Assembly: GCA_030666865.1 (NCBI GenBank)
Contig: DAOUWZ010000002.1
Span: 24,691-88,690, forward strand
Direction: 5' to 3'
Length of the DNA stretch: 64,000 nucleotides
Origin: a bacterium
GTDB lineage: Bacteria > Patescibacteriota > Patescibacteriia > S139-126
The position numbers and the translations under genes are program-made. Below the pieces are notes generated by a model that was not told where the DNA came from, ran no database searches, and was given only the letters and a program-made list of their open reading frames with translations. This document shows, in pieces, positions 1 to 8,956 of this stretch; the stretch's first letter is position 1, and each line of letters begins with the position of its first letter.

Positions 1-20
1 AAAAAAATGGAGAAAATATT

Positions 21-197
21 ATGAAAGCAATCGGCAACACACTTTTATACGGAGGTTTACTTATTGCGGGATTAATGCATTTAATAGACGCTAATGTAGT
101 ATTAGCAGTTCCAAAACCCACCTATATTGGCATGGTATTAATTATGGCTACAATTGGCGCCGCCATACAATACTGGGCAAAAAAAGAATCTGATTAA
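21..197 (+). CDS. small two-TM hypothetical membrane protein (58 aa)
   Basis: Translated by hand: MKAIGNTLLYGGLLIAGLMHLIDANVVLAVPKPTYIGMVLIMATIGAAIQYWAKKESD*; GGAG at 9-12; hairpin plus T-run at about 222-250. Confidence 0.6.
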   Translation: MKAIGNTLLYGGLLIAGLMHLIDANVVLAVPKPTYIGMVLIMATIGAAIQYWAKKESD

Positions 198-341
198 TAT
201 CATTCCTTTCATTTGTTTTAAAATAACAGTCGTTCACTCGGCTGTTTTTATTAATATTTAATTGTCATTCTCCCACGTGGTTAACCACATGGTTTACCAC
301 GTGAGTGCATCGTTTAAAGAACACTATAATTCACTTAACTT

Positions 342-406
342 TGTCATTCCTGCGAAGGCAGGAATCCATGCCTCTTTTCTAGATTCCTGCCTTCGCAGGA
401 ATGACA
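342..406. repeat. GTCATTCC-type REP-like palindromic doublet
   Basis: tgtcattcctgcgaaggcaggaatc...gattcctgccttcgcaggaatgaca inverted pair. Confidence 0.85.
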
Positions 407-426
407 GTAGAAACACAAAAATAATT

Positions 427-460
427 AAAAAACCATCTACCTTTTAGGTAGATGGTTTTT
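427..460. terminator. intrinsic terminator (A/T-flanked, can act on both strands)
   Basis: aaaaaaccatctacc-tttta-ggtagatggtttttt immediately after the GIY-YIG stop. Confidence 0.8.
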
Positions 461-703
461 TTAAATCAATCTCTTATTCCTAAAAGCTATCCCGGAAGCT
501 GTTTTAAGATATTTTTCAAAATCTAGAGCTTTCTTTTTATCATCAAATGCACAATAATATACCAATTTCCAAGGTCTGAATTTACTGGTATGTGGAGACT
601 TCCCATTATTATGTTCATCTATTCTCCCATTAATATTTTCCGAAAAACCGATGTAAAATTGTTTAGAAAATTTTATACTTTGAATTATATATACGAAATA
701 CAT
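461..703 (-). CDS. small GIY-YIG nuclease family protein
   Basis: MYFVYIIQS..FYIGFSEN...R..EHN.G....T...RPWKLVY...A...EKYLK; ATG at 703 preferred over the ORF-track start at 793, which runs through a repeat. Confidence 0.9.
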   Translation of the reverse strand: MYFVYIIQSIKFSKQFYIGFSENINGRIDEHNNGKSPHTSKFRPWKLVYYCAFDDKKKALDFEKYLKTASGIAFRNKRLI

Positions 704-811
704 GTTATTTGGGCTGTGCCATTCGAAGCGCAGCCATGAATAGGTATAAATTGGAAATATGTAGCCCTTCTTCGCTAAAGCTACGAAGGGCACTCTTCAC
801 TGCGCGAAGAA

Positions 812-886
812 TGGTGACCCGTAGGGGAATCGAACCCCTGTTACCAGGATGAGAACCTGGCGTCCTAACCCCTAGACGAACGGGCC
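812..886 (-). tRNA. tRNA-Glu(CTC)
   Basis: rc GGCCCGTTCGTCTAGGGGTTAGGACGCCAGGTT-CTC-ATCCTGGTAACAGGGGTTCGATTCCCCTACGGGTCACCA; cloverleaf with encoded CCA. Confidence 0.97.
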
Positions 887-1035
887 AGTAAAAAATAGTA
901 TAAAATATTTAGTATAAAGTATCAAGTATAAAAACGATTAATAATAACCGTTAAACAAAAAATTATATTATCCTGTCTGATTATACTTAGATTTAAAATT
1001 CCAAATACTATATACAAACTACTACATACTAGCTA

Positions 1036-2340
1036 CTAACCTACCCACGGACTATCCTGTCTAGCAAGTAGATGCTTAGCAGCCCTTGGATTTGACATTA
1101 AAGACTTAACAACCTTTTCCATTCGCGCGCTTTGAGAACCCTTAACTAAAATTAAATCTCCTTCCTTTAACATTTGCTTAAGAAAACTGCCAGCCCCGCT
1201 ATTATTTTCAAAATAATAAATTCTTTCCTCTCCCATGCCAGCTTCTTTAGCTCCTCTGCCTATATCCCTAGATTTTTCTCCAACGCAGACCAAATAATCA
1301 ATCCCCAATTCTACGGCCCGATGACCAACCTCTCTATGTCCTTGCTCAGTATAATTCCCCAATTCCAACATATCACCAAATATTGCTATTCTTCTATGCC
1401 CTGATTCTATAAAAATTTCTTTTAATACTTCAAGAGCTGCTCTGGCAGCAGCTGGCGATGAATTATAAGTATCATCAATAATCAATGTTTTCTTAATGCC
1501 ATGAACCAAATTCATCCTTCCTTTCGGCGGATTAAAAGTCTGCAACCCATCAACAATTTCTACTAAATTCATATCAAATGCAATACCAACTGCTGTTGCT
1601 GCCAGAGCTGCATAAACCTGATGCCTGCCAAGCACACCTGGTAAAAATACAGGCACGATATGCCCAGCATACAAAAGCTTAAATGACAAACCTTTAAGAA
1701 TATCTTCTTCGCCTTCCTTGCCAGTAGACATCTTCAATTCAGTTGCTTTTATAGTATTGGTATCATTTAAACCAACTGATATTAATTTCGCTTTTGTTTT
1801 GGTGAATGTCTGCTGTAATAATAAATCATCGCCATTGATAACGGCAAATCCGTCAATCGGTAATTTTTCGATAATAATTTGTTTCTCTCTGACAATATTT
1901 TCAACCTTTTTAAAATATTCCAAATGAACCGGAGCAATCGCTGTCAACACACCTACATACAAAGGGACAAAACTAGTAAGATAATCAATATCGCCCGGAT
2001 GATCTGCTCCCATTTCCAGCACCAATATTTCAGGATAACTTTTACTTCTCTTAGTAACAAGAAAAAAACATTGGAAAAGTAAAGATAACCAACCAAAAAT
2101 ATTTTTACCTGGACTATCAGCGCCAATTATGGTCAAAGGGACTCCTATTTCATTATTATAATTTTTGATATTCTGCCTAACCTGATATTTCTTTGACAAT
2201 ACAGAAAATATTGCCTCTTTGGTAGAAGTTTTTCCAACTGAACCAGTAATGCCCACTATTTTTGGCTTATACCTGCGTAAAATTAATTTGCTTTGATAGC
2301 GCAAAAATGCAATCGCTATATTTTTCAATATATTTTTCAT
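1036..2340 (-). CDS. murF: UDP-MurNAc-tripeptide--D-Ala-D-Ala ligase
   Basis: GITGSVGKTSTKE, NNEIGVPLT, DDTYNSSP, GDMLELG, LVKGSQ; start at MKNILK assumed. Confidence 0.93.
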   Translation of the reverse strand: MKNILKNIAIAFLRYQSKLILRRYKPKIVGITGSVGKTSTKEAIFSVLSKKYQVRQNIKNYNNEIGVPLTIIGADSPGKNIFGWLSLLFQCFFLVTKRSKSYPEILVLEMGADHPGDIDYLTSFVPLYVGVLTAIAPVHLEYFKKVENIVREKQIIIEKLPIDGFAVINGDDLLLQQTFTKTKAKLISVGLNDTNTIKATELKMSTGKEGEEDILKGLSFKLLYAGHIVPVFLPGVLGRHQVYAALAATAVGIAFDMNLVEIVDGLQTFNPPKGRMNLVHGIKKTLIIDDTYNSSPAAARAALEVLKEIFIESGHRRIAIFGDMLELGNYTEQGHREVGHRAVELGIDYLVCVGEKSRDIGRGAKEAGMGEERIYYFENNSGAGSFLKQMLKEGDLILVKGSQSARMEKVVKSLMSNPRAAKHLLARQDSPWVG

Positions 2341-2434
2341 ATTATATTGTAATGACAGGTCGCGATCTGTCATTACTGATTATTTCTTAACATTTACAAC
2401 CAAATATTGTAAATGGAAGACGGGAAGCCTTCCG

Positions 2435-2454
2435 CCTGCCTGCCGGCAGGCAGG
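2435..2454. repeat. CCTGCCTGCCGGCAGGCAGG palindromic repeat
   Basis: Perfect 20-bp palindrome; related copies at about 12803, 20868, 29270 and 54718. Confidence 0.85.
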
Positions 2455-2631
2455 CTACATATTTTCTACTGTTCAACTAGTGTAGCGGTCCCGCGAACGC
2501 GGGATAGGTTTTAATGATGATTTACTGTTTAATTGTTAGTAATATATTTCTAATCTGTTATACGGAAAAATCTATTTAATTATAAATATTCAACATATAT
2601 ATAATACAACGCCAAACACGAATAATCAAAA

Positions 2632-4386
2632 TTATAAATTCGTAGGTGAAATTTGATAATAATCCAATATAAACTTAGCAATATCACCAAATAACGGCGC
2701 AGCTGAGGAAGCTGAAAATCTTACTCCTGGATTATCAAGCTTGGCAATCATTACGAAAGCTGGATTTTCAATTGGCCCAAAACCAACAAATGAATGAATT
2801 GTTTCATCGGAATACCCGCCTTGCGGTGAAGGTACTTGCGCTGTACCGGTTTTACCAGCAATATAATACCCATCCACCCCAGCTCTTCCGGCGTGACCGT
2901 TTTCAATTACTGATACCAACATCCCAGATAGCAGGGTTGACACCTGAGGAGAAATTACTTGCCTAACAAATTGCGGCTCAAATTCTTCTACTCGTCCATC
3001 ACTATGCCAAATTTCTTCAACTAAATATGGTTTCATTAATTTTCCTCCATTAGCTATAGCGCCAAAAGCAGCCGCAATTTGCATAGGAGTAACGGTAATG
3101 CCTTGCCCAAATGATCCAGTAAAAGTATAAATAGGTCTTTTGCCCAAATTTGAAATATTACCATCAGCTTCACCAGGCAGGGTAATACCAGTTTGTCTGC
3201 CAAATCCAAACCCTTCTACATACTTTTTAAACAAATCATCGCCCACCAATGAAGCAACATGTATAGCGCCTGTATTTAGTGAATTATCCAAAATATCTGT
3301 CATAGTAGCCAGACCATGTCCATTGGGAAATTTTTCAATATCTGAATTACAAATCGGCTTATGCCAGCCCTCAACTATATCACAGCCATTATCATAATAA
3401 GTTGTCTTAGGAGTAACTTTTTCCAAATCAAGACCAGCTGCCATAGTAATAGGCTTGAATATAGAGCCTGGTTCATATTCATGAGCAATGCTTGGATTAT
3501 TAAAAATATTAATCTGCTCCTGTTCATAATATAAATTTGGATTAAAATCTGGATAAGCGCACATAGCGAGTATTGCTCCAGTATTTGGATTTAAAACAAC
3601 AACTTCCCCGCCCTTAGCTCCGAGCCTCATAGAATATTCTTTCAACTTGGTACAAACAGCATATTCAATTACAGGATCAACTGTTAAGATTAAATCTGAG
3701 CCATCAACTGCCTTTTCAACACTACGTGAAGCTACCGTAATCAACCTGCCCGCTGCATCTCGTTCAGAATTTATTACGCCATATGACCCAGATAATTCCG
3801 AATTGAAATAACCCTCTAAACCATACTGACCTTTGGCCTGATCTGATTTAAAACTGTAAAAACCTGTTAAATGAGATCCAATATTATAATTCGGGTAATA
3901 CCTAGAAGCTTCAGGTCTAAAATTTAAACCTTTAATATTAAAAGCTCCTATTTCATTTTTTTGTTCTAGAGTTAAACTTCTCTTAATAGGTTCATACGGA
4001 TCATCTGTCAAAGAAAATTTATTCAAGAAATATTGCGCTGTATCATCATCCCAAGCAAAATATTCCTGCAAAGGTTCAATAATATCAAGCGGATGTTTGT
4101 CGAAATCTTTTGGCACAGAGTATAAAAAATATAAATCCCTATTTTGTACCAGCGGATGCAGAGATTTATCTTTATCTTGCATAAATATTTCTCCACGCTG
4201 AGGTATTAATACTTTCTCGATTTCATGTTGACTAGAAGCCATAAGCTGATAATAATCCTTCTTTAAAACTTGCAAAACAAACAATTTCATTATAATTAAC
4301 AAAAATAATATTGCTACACAAAAAATAAAAAAAGTCAGCCTTGAAATAGCAAACTTCTTATTGTTTCTACCAGCCGCTCTGGACAT
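2632..4386 (-). CDS. ftsI: class B penicillin-binding protein (FtsI/PBP2-3)
   Basis: N-terminal TM, RGEI, YEPGSIFK (SxxK), SLN, KTGTAQ; dcw context. Confidence 0.92.
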   Translation of the reverse strand: MSRAAGRNNKKFAISRLTFFIFCVAILFLLIIMKLFVLQVLKKDYYQLMASSQHEIEKVLIPQRGEIFMQDKDKSLHPLVQNRDLYFLYSVPKDFDKHPLDIIEPLQEYFAWDDDTAQYFLNKFSLTDDPYEPIKRSLTLEQKNEIGAFNIKGLNFRPEASRYYPNYNIGSHLTGFYSFKSDQAKGQYGLEGYFNSELSGSYGVINSERDAAGRLITVASRSVEKAVDGSDLILTVDPVIEYAVCTKLKEYSMRLGAKGGEVVVLNPNTGAILAMCAYPDFNPNLYYEQEQINIFNNPSIAHEYEPGSIFKPITMAAGLDLEKVTPKTTYYDNGCDIVEGWHKPICNSDIEKFPNGHGLATMTDILDNSLNTGAIHVASLVGDDLFKKYVEGFGFGRQTGITLPGEADGNISNLGKRPIYTFTGSFGQGITVTPMQIAAAFGAIANGGKLMKPYLVEEIWHSDGRVEEFEPQFVRQVISPQVSTLLSGMLVSVIENGHAGRAGVDGYYIAGKTGTAQVPSPQGGYSDETIHSFVGFGPIENPAFVMIAKLDNPGVRFSASSAAPLFGDIAKFILDYYQISPTNL

Positions 4387-4397
4387 ATGTTAAATTC

Positions 4398-4715
4398 TTA
4401 TTGTTTAAAAGCAACAGCGTCCTGACCAGTTTGTAAATAATCAATTTTATCGTTTAATACCATCCCAAGCTCTGATACCACTGTTTCAATTCTTGAAAGT
4501 GATCTCAATTTAGCCGTTTCAAAACCTAATTGTTCATTATTTTTTTCCAATTTTTGTACTTGTCTTTCCAAATCTTTCAAATAATACCCTTGAGTAGATA
4601 CCATGCTTATTTGAGACACATAAATAAATACAACTACTCCTAATGATATTAAGAGGGCTATTCTTACGTATTTACTTTTTACAATTTTATTTTTATTTTG
4701 GGCACGACAATGCAT
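4398..4715 (-). CDS. ftsL: cell division protein FtsL-like
   Basis: TM plus coiled coil, SLSRIE..V..LGM; lies between rsmH and ftsI. Confidence 0.75.
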   Translation of the reverse strand: MHCRAQNKNKIVKSKYVRIALLISLGVVVFIYVSQISMVSTQGYYLKDLERQVQKLEKNNEQLGFETAKLRSLSRIETVVSELGMVLNDKIDYLQTGQDAVAFKQ

Positions 4716-4739
4716 GGATTTATAAATATGTTTTAATTA

Positions 4740-5681
4740 TTATAACTTTTCAACAACTCTCAACTTAGCAGTTCGGCTCCTAGGATTTTCCTCCAATTCT
4801 TTTTTAGTCGCCGTAATCGGCTTTTTATTTATTATTTTAATACTAGCCCGATGTTCGCATACGCATTTTGGAATCTGAGGCGGACAAATACAATCTTTTG
4901 CCTCTTTTCTAAAATAATTTTTTATTACTCTATCTTCAATTGAATGAAAACTAATTATTCCTAACCTAGCTCCTGGTTCTAAAACTTCAATTCCTTGCGG
5001 TAAAAATTCTTCAATATTTCCTAATTCATCATTGACTTCTATTCTCAATGCTTGCCAAGTTCTAGTAGCTGGATGGATTCTTGAGGGCGTACGCCACCTG
5101 TGGGCATACACCCCCTCAATAATCTGTTTCAACCCCAATGCCGAAACTTTTTGTTTTTTTCTTTTTGCTATTATTTCACGAGCGATGGTTTTGGAAAGTG
5201 GTTCCTCCCCGTATTCGCTCAAAATAGTTGTTAATCTTTCTTCGCTGTAATTATTTACTACTTCTTCACCAGTTAATTCTGCATCTGGTGAATATCTCAA
5301 ATCCAAAGATTCTTTACTGTGAAAACTAAATCCTCTCGCATGTTCATCAACCTGAAATGAGGAATAACCCAAGTCGCATATAATACCGTTAATCTTATCA
5401 AATTTGAACTCATATATTTTTGTTTTTAATTTTTTGTAATTATCGTTGATAAAAATAATTCTGCCAGCAAAATCTTTTAAATTCTCTTTAGCCGCTACTA
5501 TTGCTTGTGGATCCAGGTCAAAAGCCAATAATTTACCTTTTGGTGCTGTTTTTTTAAGTATTTCTTGGCTATGTCCTCCACCACCCAATGTACAATCGAC
5601 AAAATTTTGATTTACTTGTGGATTAAGATACTCTATAACTTCATTTAGTAATACTGGGATATGCTGAGAAATAGATTTCAT
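4740..5681 (-). CDS. rsmH: 16S rRNA m4C1402 methyltransferase
   Basis: HIPVLLNEV, DCTLGGGGHS, DLGYSSFQ, ISFHSIEDR, NPRSRTAKLR. Confidence 0.97.
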   Translation of the reverse strand: MKSISQHIPVLLNEVIEYLNPQVNQNFVDCTLGGGGHSQEILKKTAPKGKLLAFDLDPQAIVAAKENLKDFAGRIIFINDNYKKLKTKIYEFKFDKINGIICDLGYSSFQVDEHARGFSFHSKESLDLRYSPDAELTGEEVVNNYSEERLTTILSEYGEEPLSKTIAREIIAKRKKQKVSALGLKQIIEGVYAHRWRTPSRIHPATRTWQALRIEVNDELGNIEEFLPQGIEVLEPGARLGIISFHSIEDRVIKNYFRKEAKDCICPPQIPKCVCEHRASIKIINKKPITATKKELEENPRSRTAKLRVVEKL

Positions 5682-5716
5682 ATAATCATCAAATATTTAA
5701 TTCTAAACAATACTTC

Positions 5717-6148
5717 TTACACTCCAAGATCTCCCAATGCTTCAGCTATATCACTGCTATTTGCTTCAGCGTTTTGTTTGTATTTTTCCCATTCTTCTTC
5801 TGACCACACTTCAACTCTGTTATAAAGTCCAGTTAAAACAGTTTTCTTTCTAATATCAGCGTATTTCCTTAAATAATCAGGTAATATTATTCTTCCCTGC
5901 TTATCCAAGGAAACATCCATAGCACCAGCTAGCATCAATCTAGCAAAAGCTCTGGATTTACTTTGTGAAATAGGCAAAGCAGCTAATTTTTCTGCCAACT
6001 TTTTCCATTCAGGTTTAGTATAAACAAACAATGATTTATCCAATCCTTTGGTTACTACTACTCCTTGCTTAAAATCAACACGAAACTTAACAGGTACTGC
6101 TAACCTGCCCTTTTCATCAATACTGTGTTTAAATTCACCAATAAACAT
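5717..6148 (-). CDS. mraZ: division/cell wall cluster repressor MraZ
   Basis: MFIGEFKHSIDEKGRLAVP, DKQGRIILP. Confidence 0.97.
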   Translation of the reverse strand: MFIGEFKHSIDEKGRLAVPVKFRVDFKQGVVVTKGLDKSLFVYTKPEWKKLAEKLAALPISQSKSRAFARLMLAGAMDVSLDKQGRIILPDYLRKYADIRKKTVLTGLYNRVEVWSEEEWEKYKQNAEANSSDIAEALGDLGV

Positions 6149-6206
6149 TTTTTTGTTTGATTTTAGCCTAGTTTTACTTGGTTTTATTAAATGTTGAACA
6201 AATTAG

Positions 6207-6313
6207 TTATCCACAAAATATCGAGGTTATCCCCACATTTATCCACTTTTCACCCTTCAAATACATTATACCCCACATAACTAAAAAAATCAACCACTTT
6301 TACCTATGGATAA
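6207..6313. promoter_or_regulatory. cluster of DnaA boxes overlapping MraZ-type GTGG repeats upstream of mraZ
   Basis: TTATCCACA 6207-6215; TTATCCCCA 6227-6235; TTATCCACT 6239-6247; TATGGATAA 6305-6313; CCAC at 6233 and 6243 (10-nt spacing). Confidence 0.65.
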
Positions 6314-6379
6314 CTCCTAAATATACAAAAAAAGGCGTAATTTACGCCTTTTCTTTAAAATATTGATAATCCAATTAAT

Positions 6380-6964
6380 TCATAAATACTTTTCCAAAAG
6401 CAATTTACCTGCTTCTCTGATATCTTCAATACGATAAAAAATAAACTTACCTCTTGTAGTTATTCCCCATTCCAAAATTATATTCTTTTTATTCATTTTC
6501 CTGGCTAATAATATTTTTCTTCTTTCTCTAGATGTTAAAAACTTTTTTTCACCTATCACTTGAAATAATTTCTTATTTTTATAATAATAGCTTGCGTCAA
6601 TCTTTCCATGTCTCATTAAATTAACTATCTCGCCTTCTACTGCTTCTATTATTTCACTATTCTTCTCAATTAGAATTGTTCCGCCTTTCTTCCATTTCCA
6701 TGATGGGTAGACAACAAAAACTGTTTTTCCCTTTTGCTGATTCTGAAATTTATCAATTTGGGCTGGAACCTTGTCTTTAATCAGCCAATTTATATATAAA
6801 TTATTCCATTCAGCACCTTTAATATCAACCGTTCTAATTGTCCAACCAACATAATCTTTAATTTTATAAAATTTATCTAAATCCTTTGATGATTTTACAA
6901 ATTCCCATTCTGGATGAGGCAATCCTGCCTTATCAATTAATTTTAATCCTTGGCAAATTGTCAT
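6380..6964 (-). CDS. hypothetical protein, possibly ATP-grasp-like
   Basis: 194-aa ORF; GLPHPEWEFV...GWTIRT...LEWG loosely resembles ATP-grasp folds. Confidence 0.55.
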   Translation of the reverse strand: MTICQGLKLIDKAGLPHPEWEFVKSSKDLDKFYKIKDYVGWTIRTVDIKGAEWNNLYINWLIKDKVPAQIDKFQNQQKGKTVFVVYPSWKWKKGGTILIEKNSEIIEAVEGEIVNLMRHGKIDASYYYKNKKLFQVIGEKKFLTSRERRKILLARKMNKKNIILEWGITTRGKFIFYRIEDIREAGKLLLEKYL

Positions 6965-6989
6965 ATATTAACTTATTTATCTTTTTACT

Positions 6990-7111
6990 CTCCCTCATCC
7001 GCCCTCCTAACGGGCACCTGCCCGCCATCGCTACGCTCTCGCCCGCTAACCGCCTAAAGCGATAGTAATAGCGAGCGGGTAGACGTTAGCAGGCAGCCAT
7101 TCTCCCTAAAG
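6990..7111. repeat. three-level nested palindromic repeat
   Basis: ccctcatccgccc..gggcac[cctgcccgccatcgctacgct[cgcccgctaaccgc..gcgagcggg]..gttagcaggcag]..ttctccc. Confidence 0.6.
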
Positions 7112-7136
7112 GAAAAATAGCTAATAATGTGTTATT

Positions 7137-7538
7137 CTATTTCCCAATATTCGGCTCAGCGCCGTATTCTGGTAATACTATCTGAAATTCATCCATTTTA
7201 TCTAGCTCAACAATCCCCTGTTTCAATAAATCTTGATAATTAACAAAATCATTTTGTTTAAAACCGACTATTTTTTTATTCAAAACCCAAGCCAAAGTAT
7301 TTCCAACAGCCAAACCAATTCTCAGCGCGGAAAAACTGCCAGGTCCTTTTACTGCTATTATTCCTGATAAATCTGTTAACTCTAAATTATTATCTTTAAT
7401 AAATTTATCCAAACTTACCAATAATTTTTCTTCTTGTTCAAATTTTGCTGGAATTTTTCGTTCATGCTTAACCCGAGACTCACTCCCAAGCCCTAAATAA
7501 ATATATTCTATATTTGCAGTGTCTATTATCAAAATCAT
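7137..7538 (-). CDS. tsaB: t6A biosynthesis protein TsaB (short form)
   Basis: ILIIDTA, GPGSFSALRIG, PEYGAEPNI. Confidence 0.9.
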   Translation of the reverse strand: MILIIDTANIEYIYLGLGSESRVKHERKIPAKFEQEEKLLVSLDKFIKDNNLELTDLSGIIAVKGPGSFSALRIGLAVGNTLAWVLNKKIVGFKQNDFVNYQDLLKQGIVELDKMDEFQIVLPEYGAEPNIGK

Positions 7539-7637
7539 TACAAAGTATTAAGTATAAAGTATTGAATAAGAAACAAGACGCAAGATACACGCTCTTGACA
7601 TTTCAAGCTAATAGACTTCCTTTTAAAAATCTAAAAA

Positions 7638-8321
7638 CTATTCCACCATCTTCTCAATATCACACTGGCTTATTTTCCGATATTTTCCTTCTGCCAAATC
7701 TAACAATTTTATTCCAGCGATACGAATTCTTTGCAAACTTTTTACTCTCACATCTAAACTTCCCAACATTTCCCTTATTTGTCTATTATAACCTTGATGT
7801 AATACTACTTTATAAACCTTATTATCAATTTTGCTGATTTTATCAAATTTACCTACCCCTTCTTCAAGTTTAATACCTGATAATAATATACCCTGCGTTT
7901 TATCATCTATTAATTTATCTAGAGTTACCAAATATTCTTTCTCCTTTTCAAATTTGGGATGAGTTAATTTAAAAGCGAGTTCTCCATCATTAGTCAAAAT
8001 CATTAAACCTTTGGAATCTTTATCAAGCCTGCCAACTGGAAAAACGGGCGGATTATCAGGCACTATTTCAATAACCAATTTTTCAGCATGCTTGTCTTCT
8101 ACTGAAGATACATAGCCAATTGGCTTATTAATAACATAATACACCTTATTGATAGGTGTTATTGTTTCTTCGTTTAATTGAATTTTATCATGCAAACCTA
8201 TTTGCCTAGCTAAATCATTGACTACTTCTCCATTTATTTTTATCTGCCCTCTTCTGACAAATGCTTCAGCTTGCCTTCTTGAATATTTTGTACAACTGGC
8301 AATATAACGATTTATTCTCAT
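7638..8321 (-). CDS. S4-domain rRNA pseudouridine synthase (RluB/RsuA family)
   Basis: MRINRYIA..SRR, NKPIG, VGRLDKDSKGL, GYNRQIR. Confidence 0.92.
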   Translation of the reverse strand: MRINRYIASCTKYSRRQAEAFVRRGQIKINGEVVNDLARQIGLHDKIQLNEETITPINKVYYVINKPIGYVSSVEDKHAEKLVIEIVPDNPPVFPVGRLDKDSKGLMILTNDGELAFKLTHPKFEKEKEYLVTLDKLIDDKTQGILLSGIKLEEGVGKFDKISKIDNKVYKVVLHQGYNRQIREMLGSLDVRVKSLQRIRIAGIKLLDLAEGKYRKISQCDIEKMVE

Positions 8322-8893
8322 TATTTTTTCACGCTAAATATCTTATCAACCACAACTATCTTTGGACTATTTAAAATATTATAAATAAATTTATCCGTCA
8401 TCTGGCTTCTGGAATTGAATTCCGCTGTTGATAAAATAGTATAATTAATTTCCTGATCAAAATTCTTCTCCAATAATTTTACTATTTGCTTGAATTTATC
8501 TGACTCTATTCTGTCTCCAACAATTAAAATATCCGTCAAAGTATCTAACTGTTTGACAAACCGTCCAGTAAAAATACAATATTTAATTCCTTTGATTTTC
8601 TTGATACGATCAATTATTTTATTTTCAATTAAGCTCTGCGATTTTATAATTAAAGCTTCAATTTCAGTAAACAATAAAAAATCTTTATTAACTTGATAAA
8701 ACTTTTTTTTATCTTGATTGAAAGTAATCAAAAAATCTATATTAATCAGATTATCTAGCTCCCGCCTGACCGAATTTATCCTTTCATCAATTTCACGAGT
8801 AAGCTCCCTGACATAATATTTACTATCAGGATTTAATAAAAATTTTTTGAGCAACTTTACTCTGGTTCTTGAACTAAATAGTTGTTCAAGCAT
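8321..8893 (-). CDS. winged-HTH protein with nucleotidyltransferase-like C-terminal domain
   Basis: LFSSRTRVKLL..YYVRELTR..INSVRREL; TDILIVG. Confidence 0.7.
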   Translation of the reverse strand: MLEQLFSSRTRVKLLKKFLLNPDSKYYVRELTREIDERINSVRRELDNLINIDFLITFNQDKKKFYQVNKDFLLFTEIEALIIKSQSLIENKIIDRIKKIKGIKYCIFTGRFVKQLDTLTDILIVGDRIESDKFKQIVKLLEKNFDQEINYTILSTAEFNSRSQMTDKFIYNILNSPKIVVVDKIFSVKK

Positions 8894-8956
8894 AAATGTT
8901 TATATTAACGGATAATTATCTAAATAGCTTTTAATACGTATATAGTTTAATTAATA

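Noticed and set aside
262-447. 61-aa ORF
   Set aside because: Translation of palindromic repeats (VIPAKAGI...DSCLRRND), a typical REP shadow ORF
897-932. Degenerate 7-mer repeats (agtataa/agtatta), also near 7545 and 32190
   Set aside because: Low-complexity intergenic repeats with no supportable function
6178-6366. 62-aa ORF, and possible oriC
   Set aside because: Overlaps the mraZ regulatory region; only about four boxes and no dnaA/dnaN nearby, so oriC is not supported
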